The position numbers and the translations under genes were made by a program. The notes under the pieces were generated by a model. It ran no database searches. It was not told the origin of the DNA and saw only the letters and a program-made list of their open reading frames with translations. From Octopus vulgaris (Eukaryota), in contig OX597830.1 in NCBI GenBank assembly GCA_951406725.2, positions 36,952,001 through 37,016,000 on the forward strand: a stretch of 64,000 bases of DNA, in the 5' to 3' direction. Position 1 is the first letter of the stretch. Every line of letters begins with the position of its first letter. Shown piece by piece: positions 15,041 to 29,062 of this stretch.

Positions 15041-15867
15041 AAAAAAAAATTCCAGGGATAAAACAACAATGACAGCAACCTCAGAAACAATTCTAATGAA
15101 TTATAATGAAAAATTATAATGAAAAATGTATTTAGTCTGTATATTAGCACCGTACAATGTAAAATTTTGGGTGGGAGAAGCGATTCTGTGACTCGATATT
15201 GATTGTTATTAAAAACATTATTAATTTTCGCACCCACTTATGCGTACGTATTCAGCCGTAGCCAATAATCGTCGAGAGAAATCCGTTCCATTAAGTTAGT
15301 TATTCCTTAATAAATTAATTATCAGAAGAAACCGGTGGGCTAAAGAATATTTTCATCACTGTGTCAATAAGTAGGAAAGCTAATGGAAAACTTAAGAGGA
15401 TTTCGCAGGTTTTAATAGGATATTTTGCCGTTGGACACAAGAGAAGAAATCTGATTACAAAGGGTACGGAAGACATCGATCAAAGCATTTTATACCCGTT
15501 AATTGATGGATGCATTCTTAATGAAGGTTGTGGTTTAAAGCTATATCATGTTCATCAATCATACGGCTAATTAAGAAATGATTTAAAATATATTTGTAAC
15601 AAAACGGATACACGATAGTATGTGCCGAAAACCTTATGTAGCAGGTATTATTGCAATATTTATTTATATTGAAGAGAAAAGCTTTGGTTTTGAAAACAAA
15701 CATTAAGAATTCCTTCAGTTCCATACCATGATCACAGATGATCACAGTCTTTCAGTAATATGGCATGAAAACGTATATTTGCAAATTATGCACCAGAACA
15801 ATTATGCTTTCTTAATACCAAAGCTCTGATAATGTTATGGCAGTTATATAAACATGATGTAAATATA

Positions 15868-16060
15868 GGCTTCAAATTTTGGCACGAGGCCAGCAATTTC
15901 GGGTAAAGAGTTTGACTTTGGTTGACTTTGCCTTTCATCCTTTCGGGGTCGATTAAATAAGTACAAGTTACGCATTGGGGTCGATATAATCGACTTAATC
16001 CGTTTGTCTGTCCTTGTTTGTCCCCTCTGTGTGCAGCCCTTTGTGGGCAGTAAAGAAATA
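15868..16060 (+). mobile_element. SINE family A body with tail B, fused to an inverted tail-C fragment
   Basis: ggttgactttgcctttcatcc...gtctgtccttgtttgtcccctc...gtaaagaaata, preceded by ggcttcaaattttggcacgaggcc. Confidence 0.8.
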
Positions 16061-17597
16061 AGATTGCTTTGAATAAAGAGAATAAACAATGATTTGATGC
16101 AAGCTAGGGCTTGGTCAATTCAGGTCGAATTGTCTTAACTCCCATCACACATGATGCATCTCAGAGAATCTATGAGAAGTATCTTAGCACTAACTAAAAA
16201 TGAGCCAAAAGGAAACTCTTCGTTGTTTATCTAGATAGAACTAGCACCTAACATCGCTTAAATCACGTCCTACCATCTTATAAAGAGGACCCTTTGGATA
16301 ATAAGGTCTGATTACACATTAAGCCTGAATGAAATCGAAATCGATGAGGCCTAAAAATACATTGAGATATATATCTGATTTATATGAGCAGAAACTAAAC
16401 AACACGATCTAAATTTATTTTTAATATAGGCCTAAAGCCACGCCGAGAAAATTCTCACCGGTATATCTTCCTTCTTTATGTTATGACTTAAGATTTCACA
16501 GACGTCCACTTTGCCTTTCATCCTTTAGTAGTTAATAAAATAAGTACCAGTCGAGCTCTGGGGTCGATGTAATCGACTTAGCTCTTCTTCGAAATTGCTG
16601 ACTTTGTGCCAAAATTTGAAGCCAATATAGACCCAAAGCCTCAAATTTATAGGAGTATGGTTCATTATATCAAAATACCTATGTGGTATGTTTTTTTCTC
16701 GACTCATAATGAATGCAATGTCAAGTCGACCAATCCAAGATTTGAAACCAGAACTTAAAAGTTTGTTACTAAATACTTTTCTAAGTATTCAGCTAAATTC
16801 ACCTCCGTTATATGATGTTATATGGAAACATGTCCTAGGTCATCGTCGACAACGACGGACCAACTAACTAGCGAACTATATAGAAATATAAGAATTAAGA
16901 AGACATGATCCACCGATGCGAAAATTGGTGCAAAGTTACCATGATACAAGATATAATAACCCATCAATATGAACGCTATGAATAAATGATACAGTCTTTT
17001 TATGGTCGGCCAATTTTATCCGATTTATATGCTAAAGTGCTATAAACGTTTCTCTTCGTGCTTTCACATTTTAAATAAAACTTTATTTTTCTGTGCTGAA
17101 ATTTGTACATGTATTAAATTCTATGAAAGATCTTATTATACACACACGAAATTGCCTAATTATACGTAATCGATTTGGAGTGAAAGTCTAATAACCGTGT
17201 AGTAACCATTGATCAACAGAAAAAAAAATGGCTGTAAGTAAGTATTGTAATTGCCCCCAGCTATGATAAGACACAAGTAATTATGCAAATTATCTAAAAC
17301 CTGACACTTAAAAATTCTAGTGGCTAATATTATATTATACACAGTAGCACCAATGATACTTTATTTTAGACAAATACACAAGTGTCTTTATTCTTCCACA
17401 AAGAAATTTTGGTTTCAGCATTGCTGGGACATGATTATGTTTTATTTATGGCTAAAATGATGTTCTATACTGCTTCATACCGTGCGTCTCTACTCATTGC
17501 TCAACGCCAATAAAAACGTCTCTACTGTAAATGCATCTCACATTTTCCTTTATACACTCTACTTCCCTTTCGTATTGTATATGTGCATGTGCGTGTT

Positions 17598-17648
<51 letters not shown>

Positions 17649-17685
17649 ATAAATATATATACATGTATATATATATATATACATG

Positions 17686-17741
<56 letters not shown>

Positions 17742-17742
17742 T

Positions 17743-17781
<39 letters not shown>

Positions 17782-18170
17782 GTGTGCGTGAGTGTGTAAT
17801 GTCAAATAAAAAACAGTCGTTAAAGCAAAACTGACAGGAAAAGTGTCTTTCATAGCTTCGGAGTTGGTGTCCTTTTCATGAAAAGTAGAAAAAAATCTGG
17901 GAAGATTAAGAAAGAGAACGAGAAATAATATATTACATACATACTTTCATTCACACATACATACATACATTCATACATCTCATACATACATATATCCATA
18001 AATGCATACATACATTCAAACAGATAGGCAGACATGCATAAACACATACATATATCGTTATGTATATTCTACATATACACACATACACACATACAAGTAA
18101 ATATAAAGATACATATAGTTTTGTGGGGATACTTAGAGTTCAATTGATGGCGTAGCCATAATCATATGGT

Positions 18171-18326
18171 GATCTGATGAGGTACCTTTCGTTATTTCTA
18201 TTAATATCTGAATATATTCTTGTATTGTATAATGCTGAGCATACATATTAATACAAGCACGTACACATAATTTCTTCCCTAAGGAAATTAATGTTACATG
18301 AAGATGGTTGCGAAATGGCCGTAATC
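18171..18326 (+). ncRNA. Candidate type-I hammerhead with a long stem-II insertion
   Basis: GAT CTGATGA (18174-80) ... about 130 nt ... C GAAA TGGCCGTA ATC. Stem I GAU/AUC; near-palindromic A(C>T)GGCCGT stem III; imperfect stem II. Confidence 0.55.
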
Positions 18327-18389
18327 CTTTCGGAGTTACGCAGTTAGATTAAATATATATTCACCTCTCATACCTGCTTACTCTATGGT

Positions 18390-18420
<31 letters not shown>

Positions 18421-18428
18421 CTAGCCAC

Positions 18429-18461
<33 letters not shown>

Positions 18462-18511
18462 GATATTTGTGTGTCTGTATATACATATAATATTTATATG
18501 CATATATGTAT

Positions 18512-18747
18512 CGCAGGAATGACTGTGTGGTAAGAAGCTTGCTTTCCAGCCACGTGGCCCTAGATTCAGTCCCACTGCGTGGCAACCTTGGGCATACCTC
18601 TTCTAGTATGGCCTCGGGCCGACTAAAGCCTTCTGAGTGGATTTGGTAGACGGAAACTGAAAGAAGCGCGTTGTATACATGCATACATACATACAAACAT
18701 ATATACATGCATGCATGCATACATACATACATACATACATACATACA

Positions 18748-18834
<87 letters not shown>

Positions 18835-19082
18835 TGTGTGTGTGTTTGTATTTGTGTGTCTGAATTTGTTCCCCCTCTATTGATTGACAACCGATGTTGG
18901 TATATTTACGTCCCTATAACTTGATGTATTTACGTCCCTATAACAAAAGAGACCGATAGGATAAGTACTAGGCTTACAAAGAATAAGTCATGGGGTAGAT
19001 TTGTTCGATTAAAACCCTTTAAGATATTGCCCCAGCATGGCCGGCGTCATATGACTGAAACAAGTAGAAGAATAAAAGAATA
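18512..19082 (+). mobile_element. SINE family B, full-length, with expanded internal microsatellite
   Basis: Colinear with 9146-9557; internal ~20-bp duplication tatttacgtccctataac. Confidence 0.9.
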
Positions 19083-19259
19083 TGTAAATACGTACATATG
19101 TATATATATATATATGTGTGCGTGTGCGTGCATATGTATTTAATTTATGTCATCTTTTGTATTCGTTACTGATATTTCAAAGTATATCGCGTTGGTAATT
19201 TGAGTTATATCTCTTGAGAGACTCATTTCCTTGTTATGGACAAAATATATATCAGTTAG

Positions 19260-19500
19260 GTTGTTACACTCACTATCGCTCGATCGTGGGTTCGATTTCG
19301 TGATTGGGCGGCGCGTTGAGTTCTTGAGCAAAATAACTTGAGCAAAATCACGTTTTTCCAGCCCCCTTTCAATCTGGTGGAAGTGTCGTCTGTCCCCTAG
19401 CCAAGCAGGATGGTGTCATTTGAATGCTAAAACAATGCAGGCATTGTGACCAGCGACGTGTAACAACATCTGATGGCCTGGTCGGCCACTTGGTCGCATG
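19260..19500 (+). mobile_element. Third SINE-like family (decayed tRNA-like head; tail shared with 20435-20552)
   Basis: B-box-like gggttcgatttc. The segment gctaaaacaatgc..gcattgtgaccagcga..taacaacatctgatgg is repeated at 20470-20550. Confidence 0.65.
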
Positions 19501-19521
19501 ATATATATATAGTATATATAA

Positions 19522-19930
19522 GGCGGCGAGCTGGCAGAAACGTTAGCACGCCGGGCGAAATGCTTAGCGGTATTTCGATTGCCGTTACGTTCTGAGTTCA
19601 AATTCCGCCGAGGTTGACTTTGCCTTTCATCCTTTCGGGGTCGATTAAGTAAGTACCAGTTAATGGGGTCGATATAATCGATTTAATCCGTTTGTCTGTC
19701 CTTGCTTGTTCTCTCTGTGTTTAGCCCCTTGTGGGTAATAAAGAAATAGGTATTTCGTCTGCTGCTACGTTCTGAGTTCAAATTCCGCCGAGGTTGACTT
19801 TGCCTTTCATCCTTTCGGGGTCGATTAAATAAGTACCAGTTACGCACTGGGGTCGATGTGATCGACTTAATCCATTTGTCGGTCCTTGTTTGTCCCCTCT
19901 ATGTTTAGCCCCTTGTGGGCAATGAAGAAT
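19522..19930 (+). mobile_element. SINE family A dimer (head, body-tailB, body-tailB)
   Basis: Internal junction aaagaaata|ggtatttcgtc at about 19748; flanking direct repeat atatatatagtatata. Confidence 0.92.
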
Positions 19931-20274
19931 TAAATATATATAGTATATAAGTAAAGTGTATTTAAGGAAAGTAGAGTGTATATAGGAAAGTATTATTTTT
20001 TTATTATACTTATCGTGTATTTGAATTCTGAACGTTTACACTTCTAAACATTGGCATTTTTGAATCAGTATTTCTGCAACTTTGAATCAGTATTTCTGCA
20101 ACAATGTGGCAGTCCTAACATAGAATGTCGTATGTTTTTTTCTTCTTAACCAAGGCCCCGAAGAGGATTGTATAAATAGATAGAAATTTTTTATAAACTC
20201 ACTACTGTTGGCTTTAAATGTGCTTTTTAAAAATTTGTTATGTTATATTATCTTATACTTTTATATAGTATATA

Positions 20275-20330
<56 letters not shown>

Positions 20331-20544
20331 TATATAGCATATGTATTATATTATAATGTAAATAAATTTTGAGTTTGCCAATTTTATTTCTCTATTTCAT
20401 TTAATATTTGTATATATATATATATATATATATTGGCCTGCTCGCTTAGCCAGCGGAGTGGCGTTATTCGAAGGCTAAAACAATGCGAACGCATTGTGAC
20501 CAGCGATGTGTAACAACATCTGATGGTCTGGTCGGTCACGTGAT

Positions 20545-20608
<64 letters not shown>

Positions 20609-20898
20609 CAAACAAGAAAGTAAATTTTGAACTCAATATAGCTAAACGGACCCTGATAACAATTGCCGTTAATTTTAATGCGATATAATAACTTTTCATA
20701 TGTGAGAACATTTTATAACCATTGGCTTAATGGTTAGAATACTCAGGGTTCGACTCCTCGTAGTCGCCTGCTGGCAACGTTTTCCCGTCTTCTAAAGGTA
20801 ATCGCCCAATCTTTCCCTGCTACTTTCACAGTTCGCCATGATACATCGCTAGCCACTAAACCTTTTCTTATTTTCCCACCCTGTTTATTTCTTTGTTC

Positions 20899-20934
20899 TT
20901 TTCTGTCGAAGAGCATAGGCTCGAAATGTAAAAG
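20899..20934 (+). ncRNA. Minimal hammerhead motif, A6U variant (subfamily 2)
   Basis: UUUU CUGUCGA A GAGC-AUAG-GCUC GAAA UG UA AAAG, inside the repeat at 20830-21015. Confidence 0.65.
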
Positions 20935-21764
20935 ACTTTCTCATTTCCCGAGCGTTAAACTAATACATATGTTTGTTGTTTACACACCCGTTTTCATCAT
21001 TTTTTTAAATTCTCATTTTATATATAAATACTATCTGTAATTTTATATTGACTCGAATGAAAAATGTGTCGCTCAAGAAGGACGTCAGTTTGAACAATTT
21101 TCATGATGTTTCATATTTAGATGCTTTTATTAAATTCATTCAGTTATTAAACATAAAAAATATTGGAATTAAATGGTTGGTAACTTTTGGCCAAACCTGT
21201 ATACACACACATGTATATACACACACACACACACATATATATATATAACAGGAATTTTGACAACTGTTGTTCTTATAGAACTCACATATACCAGAGAAAG
21301 AATACTAGAACCATTTTGCCACTGATTAGGAAAGATGTCTAATGTAGCTACTTGGTAATGTAATTCGTTAAAAAGATCTCTTTTGAATTATCTTATCAAA
21401 GCAAGCAAGAAAAAGAATAAGAAATCCTACAACAGGATGAAAGATACTCTATAATATATTTAACAAGGCCCTGCTTTGTTATATAATTTATATCCTACAA
21501 AGTGGCTCCCAGGTAAATATACCATATAAATGTTATTACGAAGCTCATTTATGATGTATGATTAAATGTACGTAGAGAATAGATTGAATTATGAATCGTA
21601 CCGCAAAAAAAGAACATAAATATTTTTCTCCTGTTCTAAACAACGAACGAAAGCGATGATAAAGAATTGTCTGAAATTCTGACAGCCTCCTTTTTCTCGA
21701 TATACAATATCTGTACACCACATTCAAACACACTACACACACATAAACGCGCACACACATAGAT

Positions 21765-21807
<43 letters not shown>

Positions 21808-23762
21808 ATATAATATAATATAATATATGTATAAACACATAGACTCATATAACACAATCATTTACACCTGTTCCAATCAATGTGTATAATCACAGACGCA
21901 TACATATTAGCATACTTACACATGCATACACAAACATATACATACGGTTCAGCCGTATATCTCGCCCAAGACAACCAAGACCTATTTGGCAATTAGCATC
22001 AGAATCATGTATCCACGGAGAAATATAAGATATGAATAAGGGCAGAGGTATCTAATTAGCGCTCCTATAAATTTCCTTTCAGAGCAACTCGACTGCCGCG
22101 TGCTTTTTCTTGAGCTCCATCTCTCTCCAATCTTTTCTGCAATTCTCTATGTGCAGCCAGATGCTACCTCCTGGGAACATAATTGGTTTAAAACTCAGAG
22201 TACATGTGAAAAATGCTTGCCAGTGAACAGTGGAGAAACACAACTATCCGTGATCTAGTTTCATCCAGTAAAAAAGCGATATTCAGTAACGGCGCCGTGA
22301 GACGCGTAAATCGGAGGAATGTAGACCATGTTTGTTATCGCACAGTATTTCTGGTATATCACCTGTCGTTCCGAGTTATATTATTACTGATCTAAGAAGT
22401 TAGAAACTAGAGAGTGTGATGTTTGTTGACCTATGTAACACTCCTTCATTATATTCCAGCGCATATCAGAATTAATGTTCCTGGAACCGGAAACAAATGA
22501 CAGATCTTTCGTAGCAGAAAATAAATTACTCTGAAAATGAAATATCACTACTTCAGTAATTTACTAGCTCATAAAAGCACATGGAAATTACTGTATAGAC
22601 GGGAGCAGTTGGGGTTCTCTGGTTGCCCCGGGTGAATATGTCCTCCGTTTGTAATGACTTTTAACAAATGTTGTCGGTGTCTGAACTGTGATATCTTGGT
22701 CACCTTCGTGAACATGGGAAAAATGGGAAAAATATATCTAATAGAAACATATTTATGCATAGCCAGAAACAAAAGTGATTGCATAATTTTGTGTATGCTA
22801 AGGTGGCGTGCTGCCGCGTTGGACACAATGTTTAGTGTTATTTCTTCCGGCTCTTTGCGTTTCGCTGTCAAATCCCGACGGGGTCAAGTTTGCTTCTGAT
22901 CCATTCGGGGACGATAAGATAGGTACCAGTTAAGCACTGTAGTCAATGTAATCGACTAACACCCTCCCACCAAAATTGCTGACTTTGTGCCAAAATTTAA
23001 AACGATAACGAACCTTAAATTGATTTTCGGAGGCTCATGTGTATGCGTAATTGTGTTGTGGCGTGGTGATCGTGTATTTATTAATAATATTTTTTTCGCA
23101 TGCGTTGGTTCCTGAGCGGACATGCAGATTTACATATCGTCTGACGAAACACAGCTAGATCACATAATGCAGGAAAACAATGCATAAATTGTTTGTAAAC
23201 ACGCACACACACACATTGAAGAAGGAAGCAGTCAAAATTCGGGATAATTCTTTAATAGCGCTTCCGTCCGTTCAATGGAACTCTTTAGATATGATGCACA
23301 GAAATTTTCTTCACTCTTCTATACAGATCGAAAAGAGGATGTTGTTTTATTTTGTTTAGAAGAGCAGAAAGAGAAAGAAGGAGGGAAGGGCGGAGGGGCA
23401 GAGAGAAGAAGACAGAGATTAGAAATAGAAACGGAAGTAGAAGGAACCATGTGTCTTGGGATGGACTTTGACTAACACGTAGTTGATGCTATATGACATT
23501 TTAAGATGTGAATTTTGATTTTTTCTCAAAAACAAAAGTCACATGGCAAGGAATCAACGAATGAAAAATTTTCATAATCAGCTTCATTGACTTGCAACAG
23601 TTTCTGACTTGGAAACCAAAATACTCAGAGGTGAGTGTTTGAACAACAACTTATAGCTTTCTGGGAGCTCTCTCACTATCTCTTTCTCCTTTTCTCTCTT
23701 TCAATATATATATATATTTATGTGTGTGTGTGTATGTGTGTGTGTGTGTATGTTTACAAACA

Positions 23763-23976
23763 ATTTTTTTCTAGCGGTATCATATGAAATTGTCACCCAT
23801 AATTATGACCCTAGTATCGATCTATTGCATTTCAATCTGTTTTAGGGTTAGATTTAGGGGTAGGGGGAAGGGTATCTTTTTTTCTTCACAAATGTAAATA
23901 AACCCAATCTGTTTCTTAAACGAGGGACATATTCATACGGCACAGAATGTTTTTTTAATAGACGTCAGTGATTGGT
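23763..23976 (+). mobile_element. Internal fragment of the Merlin-like MITE (no TIRs)
   Basis: Near-identical to about 25015-25229. Confidence 0.9.
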
Positions 23977-24988
23977 GCATCAAAAAAGTAAAACGGAGCA
24001 TAATGTGTGTTAAATGTGACAGTAAATCGAGAGGTTTTATTAAAGTGTACCGAGATAACATTTTGTTAACATTTCATATTATTTCAGTTACAGCACTTTC
24101 TCTCTCTCTCTCTCTCCACACACACACACGCACACTAATAATTAACTCCCTGCTCACACACATACACACATTAACAGTTGTTTCCCTGATCTGTCTCCCG
24201 ATATCTCTCTTTCTCTCTCACATACACATATATGTATGTATGTTTATATATACACAGAACAAAGCAAAACAATAAATTAACGTAACACAACATTTTCTTC
24301 AAGCAATTTGTGAAGTATATTTGTGAAGTATTATTTGCAAAATAATGATGGTGATTTTTTCCGTTTTCGTTTACAGGGAATTTTTTGAGAACCTAATTTT
24401 TCTATGCTATTCTCTTGACATATGAAATTTAAACATTGTCTGCATTCCTTATAGGTCACAAGTGACATATGGAAAATATATTAAATTAATACTGACATTA
24501 TGATTATCGTAAAGAATATAATTTAACATAAATATTCATGTAACGGTACATAATCATATATGTTCTCCTATAAGTCATAACAGACATATTTCTGTTCATG
24601 TTGACAGCAATTATCCGCCAAATATTAGTCCTCGTTTTTTTTTAATATATATATTTTCATCAAAATTGGGTATCTTTACAAACAGGAAAATTTCTATTCA
24701 CTATCGAGCATTTTCGGTAATTTCATAACTAAATTATATCTTGATGTCATAAGGCCATGGCGTTTATTAATCACGGATCGATTATTTAAATAATGCTCAG
24801 TTGCAGATATGGAGGATGGCCAGATTTTGTTTATCGATTGAATTTTTCCTATATTTCGTCGACACTAACCGTAGTTTCTTAAAAGAGACAAAACTTGTAT
24901 ATTGGTAAATATGGTACTTCTTAAACACGTATTTATTATTATTTTTTTCTTTTTGCAAGCAAGATTAGTGACCAATAATGAAGGAAAG

Positions 24989-25800
24989 AGATCTTTTCGG
25001 TTTGAACGGCAGTTTTTTTATAGCGGTATCATATGAAATTGTCACCCATAATTATGACCCTAGTATCGATCTATTGCATTTCAATCTGTTTTAGGGTTAG
25101 GGTTAGGGGTGGGGGAAGGGTATCTTTTTTCCTCACAAATGTAAATAAACCCAATCTGTTTCTTAAACGAGGGACATATTCATACGGCACAGAATGTTTT
25201 TTTTACCTCAATAGACGTCAGTGATTGGTTGAAACTGCAGAAATTGAAGAAAAAACAACAACAAATATCTTACAAACTATAGAATTTTCTCAATAAAGCC
25301 AAGAGAAAAAGATGTTTTATAAACACATTCTACCAGTATACGAAGTTTAAAATTTTTTACTTACCTAGAAATTATAATAAAAACTGCCGTTCAAACCGAA
25401 AATATCGTAAACCAAATGAAAGGTATATTACGTATTGTACTCCGATAGAGTTAACTCATTCACTCGACACATTAGTCTCTTTTTCGTGTCTGGTAACCAT
25501 CAACGGAGTGGATTTGGCCTTTAAACACTATGTTGGTTATATAACACTATAAAAGCTGTGATTCACTTGCTAAGACACAAGCTAGAGCCCATTTCGAACG
25601 GTAATGCTGTTGCAGACACCCACGCACTCCACCTACATACATTCTAGACAACAACAAGTATCTTACAAACTATAGAATTTTCTCAATAAATCCAAGAGAA
25701 AAAGATGTTTTATAAACACATTCTACCAGTATACGAAGTTTAAAATTTTTTAGTTACCCAGAAATTATGTTAAAAACTACCGTTCAAACCGAAAAGATCC
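24989..25800 (+). mobile_element. Composite Merlin-like MITE (MITE + 243-bp passenger + duplicated right end) with 8-bp TSD
   Basis: TIR (a/g)gatcttttcggtttgaacggcagttttt / aaaaactaccgttcaaaccgaaaagatcc; TSD AAGGAAAG at 24981-24988 and 25801-25808; internal damaged TIR ending at 25407; internal (TTAGGG)2-3. The superfamily is inferred from GG..CC-type termini and the 8-bp TSD. Confidence 0.85.
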
Positions 25801-26671
25801 AAGGAAAGTACAACCCTGCAAATATCAGAGTTTGAACTCGTCTCCTAAAAACTTGTCTTCGTTTGTAAGCAGAACGTTAACAGATAGTCGGAGGTACTGT
25901 AATGTTTGAGATAAGTTGCTGACTACAAGAGAAAGACAGGGAATATATAACATTTTATTCTCTTCTAAACGAAGACTTTCGTTGTTAAGCAAGCCTTAAC
26001 ATTGACAGAACATGCCTATGATTACAAATGTTCCAGCCGAGATAATCATCCTACTTTCTATTTGTCAGAAAAAAATGTAAACGATGTATCCGAAGTACCC
26101 TCTCTTTTTTTTAAAGCAATAGGATATATATATCTAAAGAAATTTTAGCAACTATTTCGAACGACTAAGTAAATGTACTTTCGAAATAACGTTCTGAGCT
26201 GGCGAAATGAGCTCAACATTTCTTCATTTGCGCACGGTAACGGATATAGAGGTTGTTGAACGAAAGACTAAATGCCTCCTACCTCTTCTCTTTCATATGT
26301 CATTTCATAGAGTTCAATTTTTATTGCCAGTGCATTTCATATCATCAATATAAGTAATATACTGGCACTATAAGTTGTTAGTTTGGTTTCATATCTCTCA
26401 TGATACTAACAACAAAGATGTCCATAAATTTCACAAGAAAAGTATATTTCTCGACATAGATGTTGAGAAAGCAGTTCCTTAATTCAAATGGACCTCGGCG
26501 AAATTTGAATACAGAACATAAAGTCGGACGAAATGCCGCTAAGCATTTTGGTACTAGCTTTCTATCTTTGATACTGCTGGCCCTGATAATATCCCAAATA
26601 TAGGAGTGAAATCTTAATTTTGATGATATTTGAATGGGGTAAAATTCAATTCTATATAAACATCAATGATA

Positions 26672-26887
26672 CTGGTTTCAAATTTTAGCACAAAGCCAGC
26701 AATTTCGGGGTGGGGGGAATGTCGATGACATTGGCCCTAGTGCTCAACTGGTACTTGTTTTATCGACCCCGAAATGATGAAAGGCAAAGTCGACCACAGC
26801 GGAATTTGAACTCAGAACGTAAAGACGGACGAAATATCGATAAACACTTTGTCCAGTTTTCTAACGATTCTGTCAGATCGCCGCCTT
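26672..26887 (-). mobile_element. SINE family A, tail C, with TSD
   Basis: Direct repeat atcaatgatact on both sides. Confidence 0.88.
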
Positions 26888-27326
26888 GTGAATATCAATG
26901 ATACTACAATGAAAAAATACCAATGAGGTTATTACTGAGGCTGCCAACCGAGTTTTTTCATCACTGAACAGTATTCTACTGTTAATTAATTAATTCGAAC
27001 ACAGAAAATTGACTTCACAATTTGGTCAAGGGAGAATATATTATGTTTTTATATTTATATCAGATTTATGACAAATAGCGTCGTGTGTTCCACCTTCCCA
27101 AAGGAACATTAATTTGTCCATTGTTTTATGAAGGCTAGAATGACACAAAATATCAGAATATGTATCACAAGAGATTTCCTGTTCGTAACAACTTCTTTTC
27201 GGTTTTCAAATCGATATTCGTATTCTTTGCCAAGGTCCATCGGCAAAACATCGACCACAACGCACGCAGACAGATATTATTGATGTGATGGTATTATAGT
27301 TTTATGTGATTCAAGGTCCCCGGTTT

Positions 27327-27374
<48 letters not shown>

Positions 27375-27379
<5 letters not shown>

Positions 27380-28426
27380 GATGTAACAGTTACTCAAGGT
27401 CCGAGAGTTTCGTGCATTGACAGTTACCGAAATAGTTATAGGTCGAAGACCTGAGAGTTTATACAGCTGGTGATAATTATATTCCCGGCTCGATTGTTCT
27501 AGATCAAATTTTAAAATCACAAGAATGTCACGTGGATAATGCAAATGGTTTGCGCGTGAATAAGCAAATACATTGATAAATAAATAAATAAATAAATAAA
27601 GACAAAGCGAGCAAAAAAGAAAGATACCTTGTGCGTGTCATCACACACACACATACACACACACAAACAGACCCCCACACAAACATACCCCACCCCACAT
27701 ATATATATGTGAGAGTGTATTTGAATTAGGCGTATATACGTGTATGTATATACACGCGGATACATGCATACAAGCACACGCACACACACACACACACATA
27801 CACACACACACATACACACATATACATACATACATACACGGATTCCTACTTACCTACATACATATATATATAGTACACGTATTCACGCACGTACATACAC
27901 AGGCACACACACATATATATACACACTTACTCATACATACACACACATAAACACATACGTACATATACATATATGTACATATACACACGTACATGTACAC
28001 ATGTATGTATACATACATACATAAATATATATGCTCCTACGCATATATATATATATGTGTGTGTATGTGTGTGTGTGTGTGTGTGTGAGTGTGTGTGTGC
28101 ACATACACACAGTAAATAGACGAAAGTATAGAAGTATAGAATAAAATATAAATAAATCTGAGATAAAGAGCCAATATAAAACAAAAAAAGTCCTTGATTT
28201 CTTTTTCTTTTTCTTATACTTTGTTACAAGTATATACGCACATATACACACCTATATATATATATATACATATAATATACATATATACGTATATGTACTC
28301 ACGCACACATTTACATACCTAAACGCATATGTGTGTATATATATATATATATATATCTGTGTGTGTGTGTGTATGTATGCATGTATGTATATGCGTGCGT
28401 GCATGTGCATGTATGCATGTATCCGC

Positions 28427-28462
<36 letters not shown>

Positions 28463-28818
28463 TGTCTGGTGTATGTGTAAGTCCGAAATTTGTAGCGTGC
28501 GTTTGGTATGAGTGTGAGGGTGCGAACGCGTGTGTGATGACACGAACAAGGTGTCTTTCTTTTATTCTCTCTTTATTTCTCTACTTATTTATCTATTTAT
28601 TTATGTTTTTGCTTATTTAACGACATAACAGGAAAACTATTTACATTATCCTCGTTACATTTTTATGATTTTAAAATTTGATCTAGAACAATCGAGAGGG
28701 AAATATAATTAACACAAGCTGTATAAACTCACAGGTCTTCGACCTGTAACCATTTTAGTAAGTGTCAACGCACGAAACTTTTGAACCTTGAGTCACTCAG
28801 TTGCTACTGCTAACTATT
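27375..28818. repeat. Long imperfect inverted repeat (~450-bp arms, microsatellite-rich spacer)
   Basis: 27392-27560 aligns to the reverse complement of 28630-28793 (e.g. ctcgattgttctagatcaaattttaaaatca). Further shared anchors are gtgtcatcacacac and cgcggatacatgcatac. Confidence 0.9.
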
Positions 28819-28878
28819 TATAAAAATACACATTTATTCATATTTAGAGTTCAGTTTTTCCGGTTTGCATCAACATCC

Positions 28879-28921
<43 letters not shown>

Positions 28922-29027
28922 AATCCCCCCAAACAAAGAACAAACACACAAAAAAAATAAAAACAATAACGCGAGGACGTGGTACATGTAAAGTATTAGC
29001 AGACGCTCAGGGAAGGAAAGAAAGATT

Positions 29028-29062
29028 GCTTAACATTTCGAGCATAGCCCTTCTTCAGAAAC
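29028..29062 (-). ncRNA. Minimal type-I hammerhead, subfamily 1, second copy
   Basis: GUUU CUGAAGA A GGGC-UAU-GCUC GAAA UG UU AAGC. Substitutions relative to 8796-8830 keep pairing through G.U pairs. Confidence 0.7.

Noticed and set aside
19522-19610. tRNA gene
   Set aside because: A/B-box-like head without a proper cloverleaf, continuous with the SINE body in many copies.
22070-22870. Possible exon or transposase start (minus-strand MELKKKHAAVELL*; 100-aa ORF 22569-22871)
   Set aside because: Short, interrupted by stops, with no recognisable catalytic motif.
25091-25108. Interstitial telomere (TTAGGG; also CCCTAA at about 41000)
   Set aside because: Only 2-5 units, and they are an internal motif of the MITE family.
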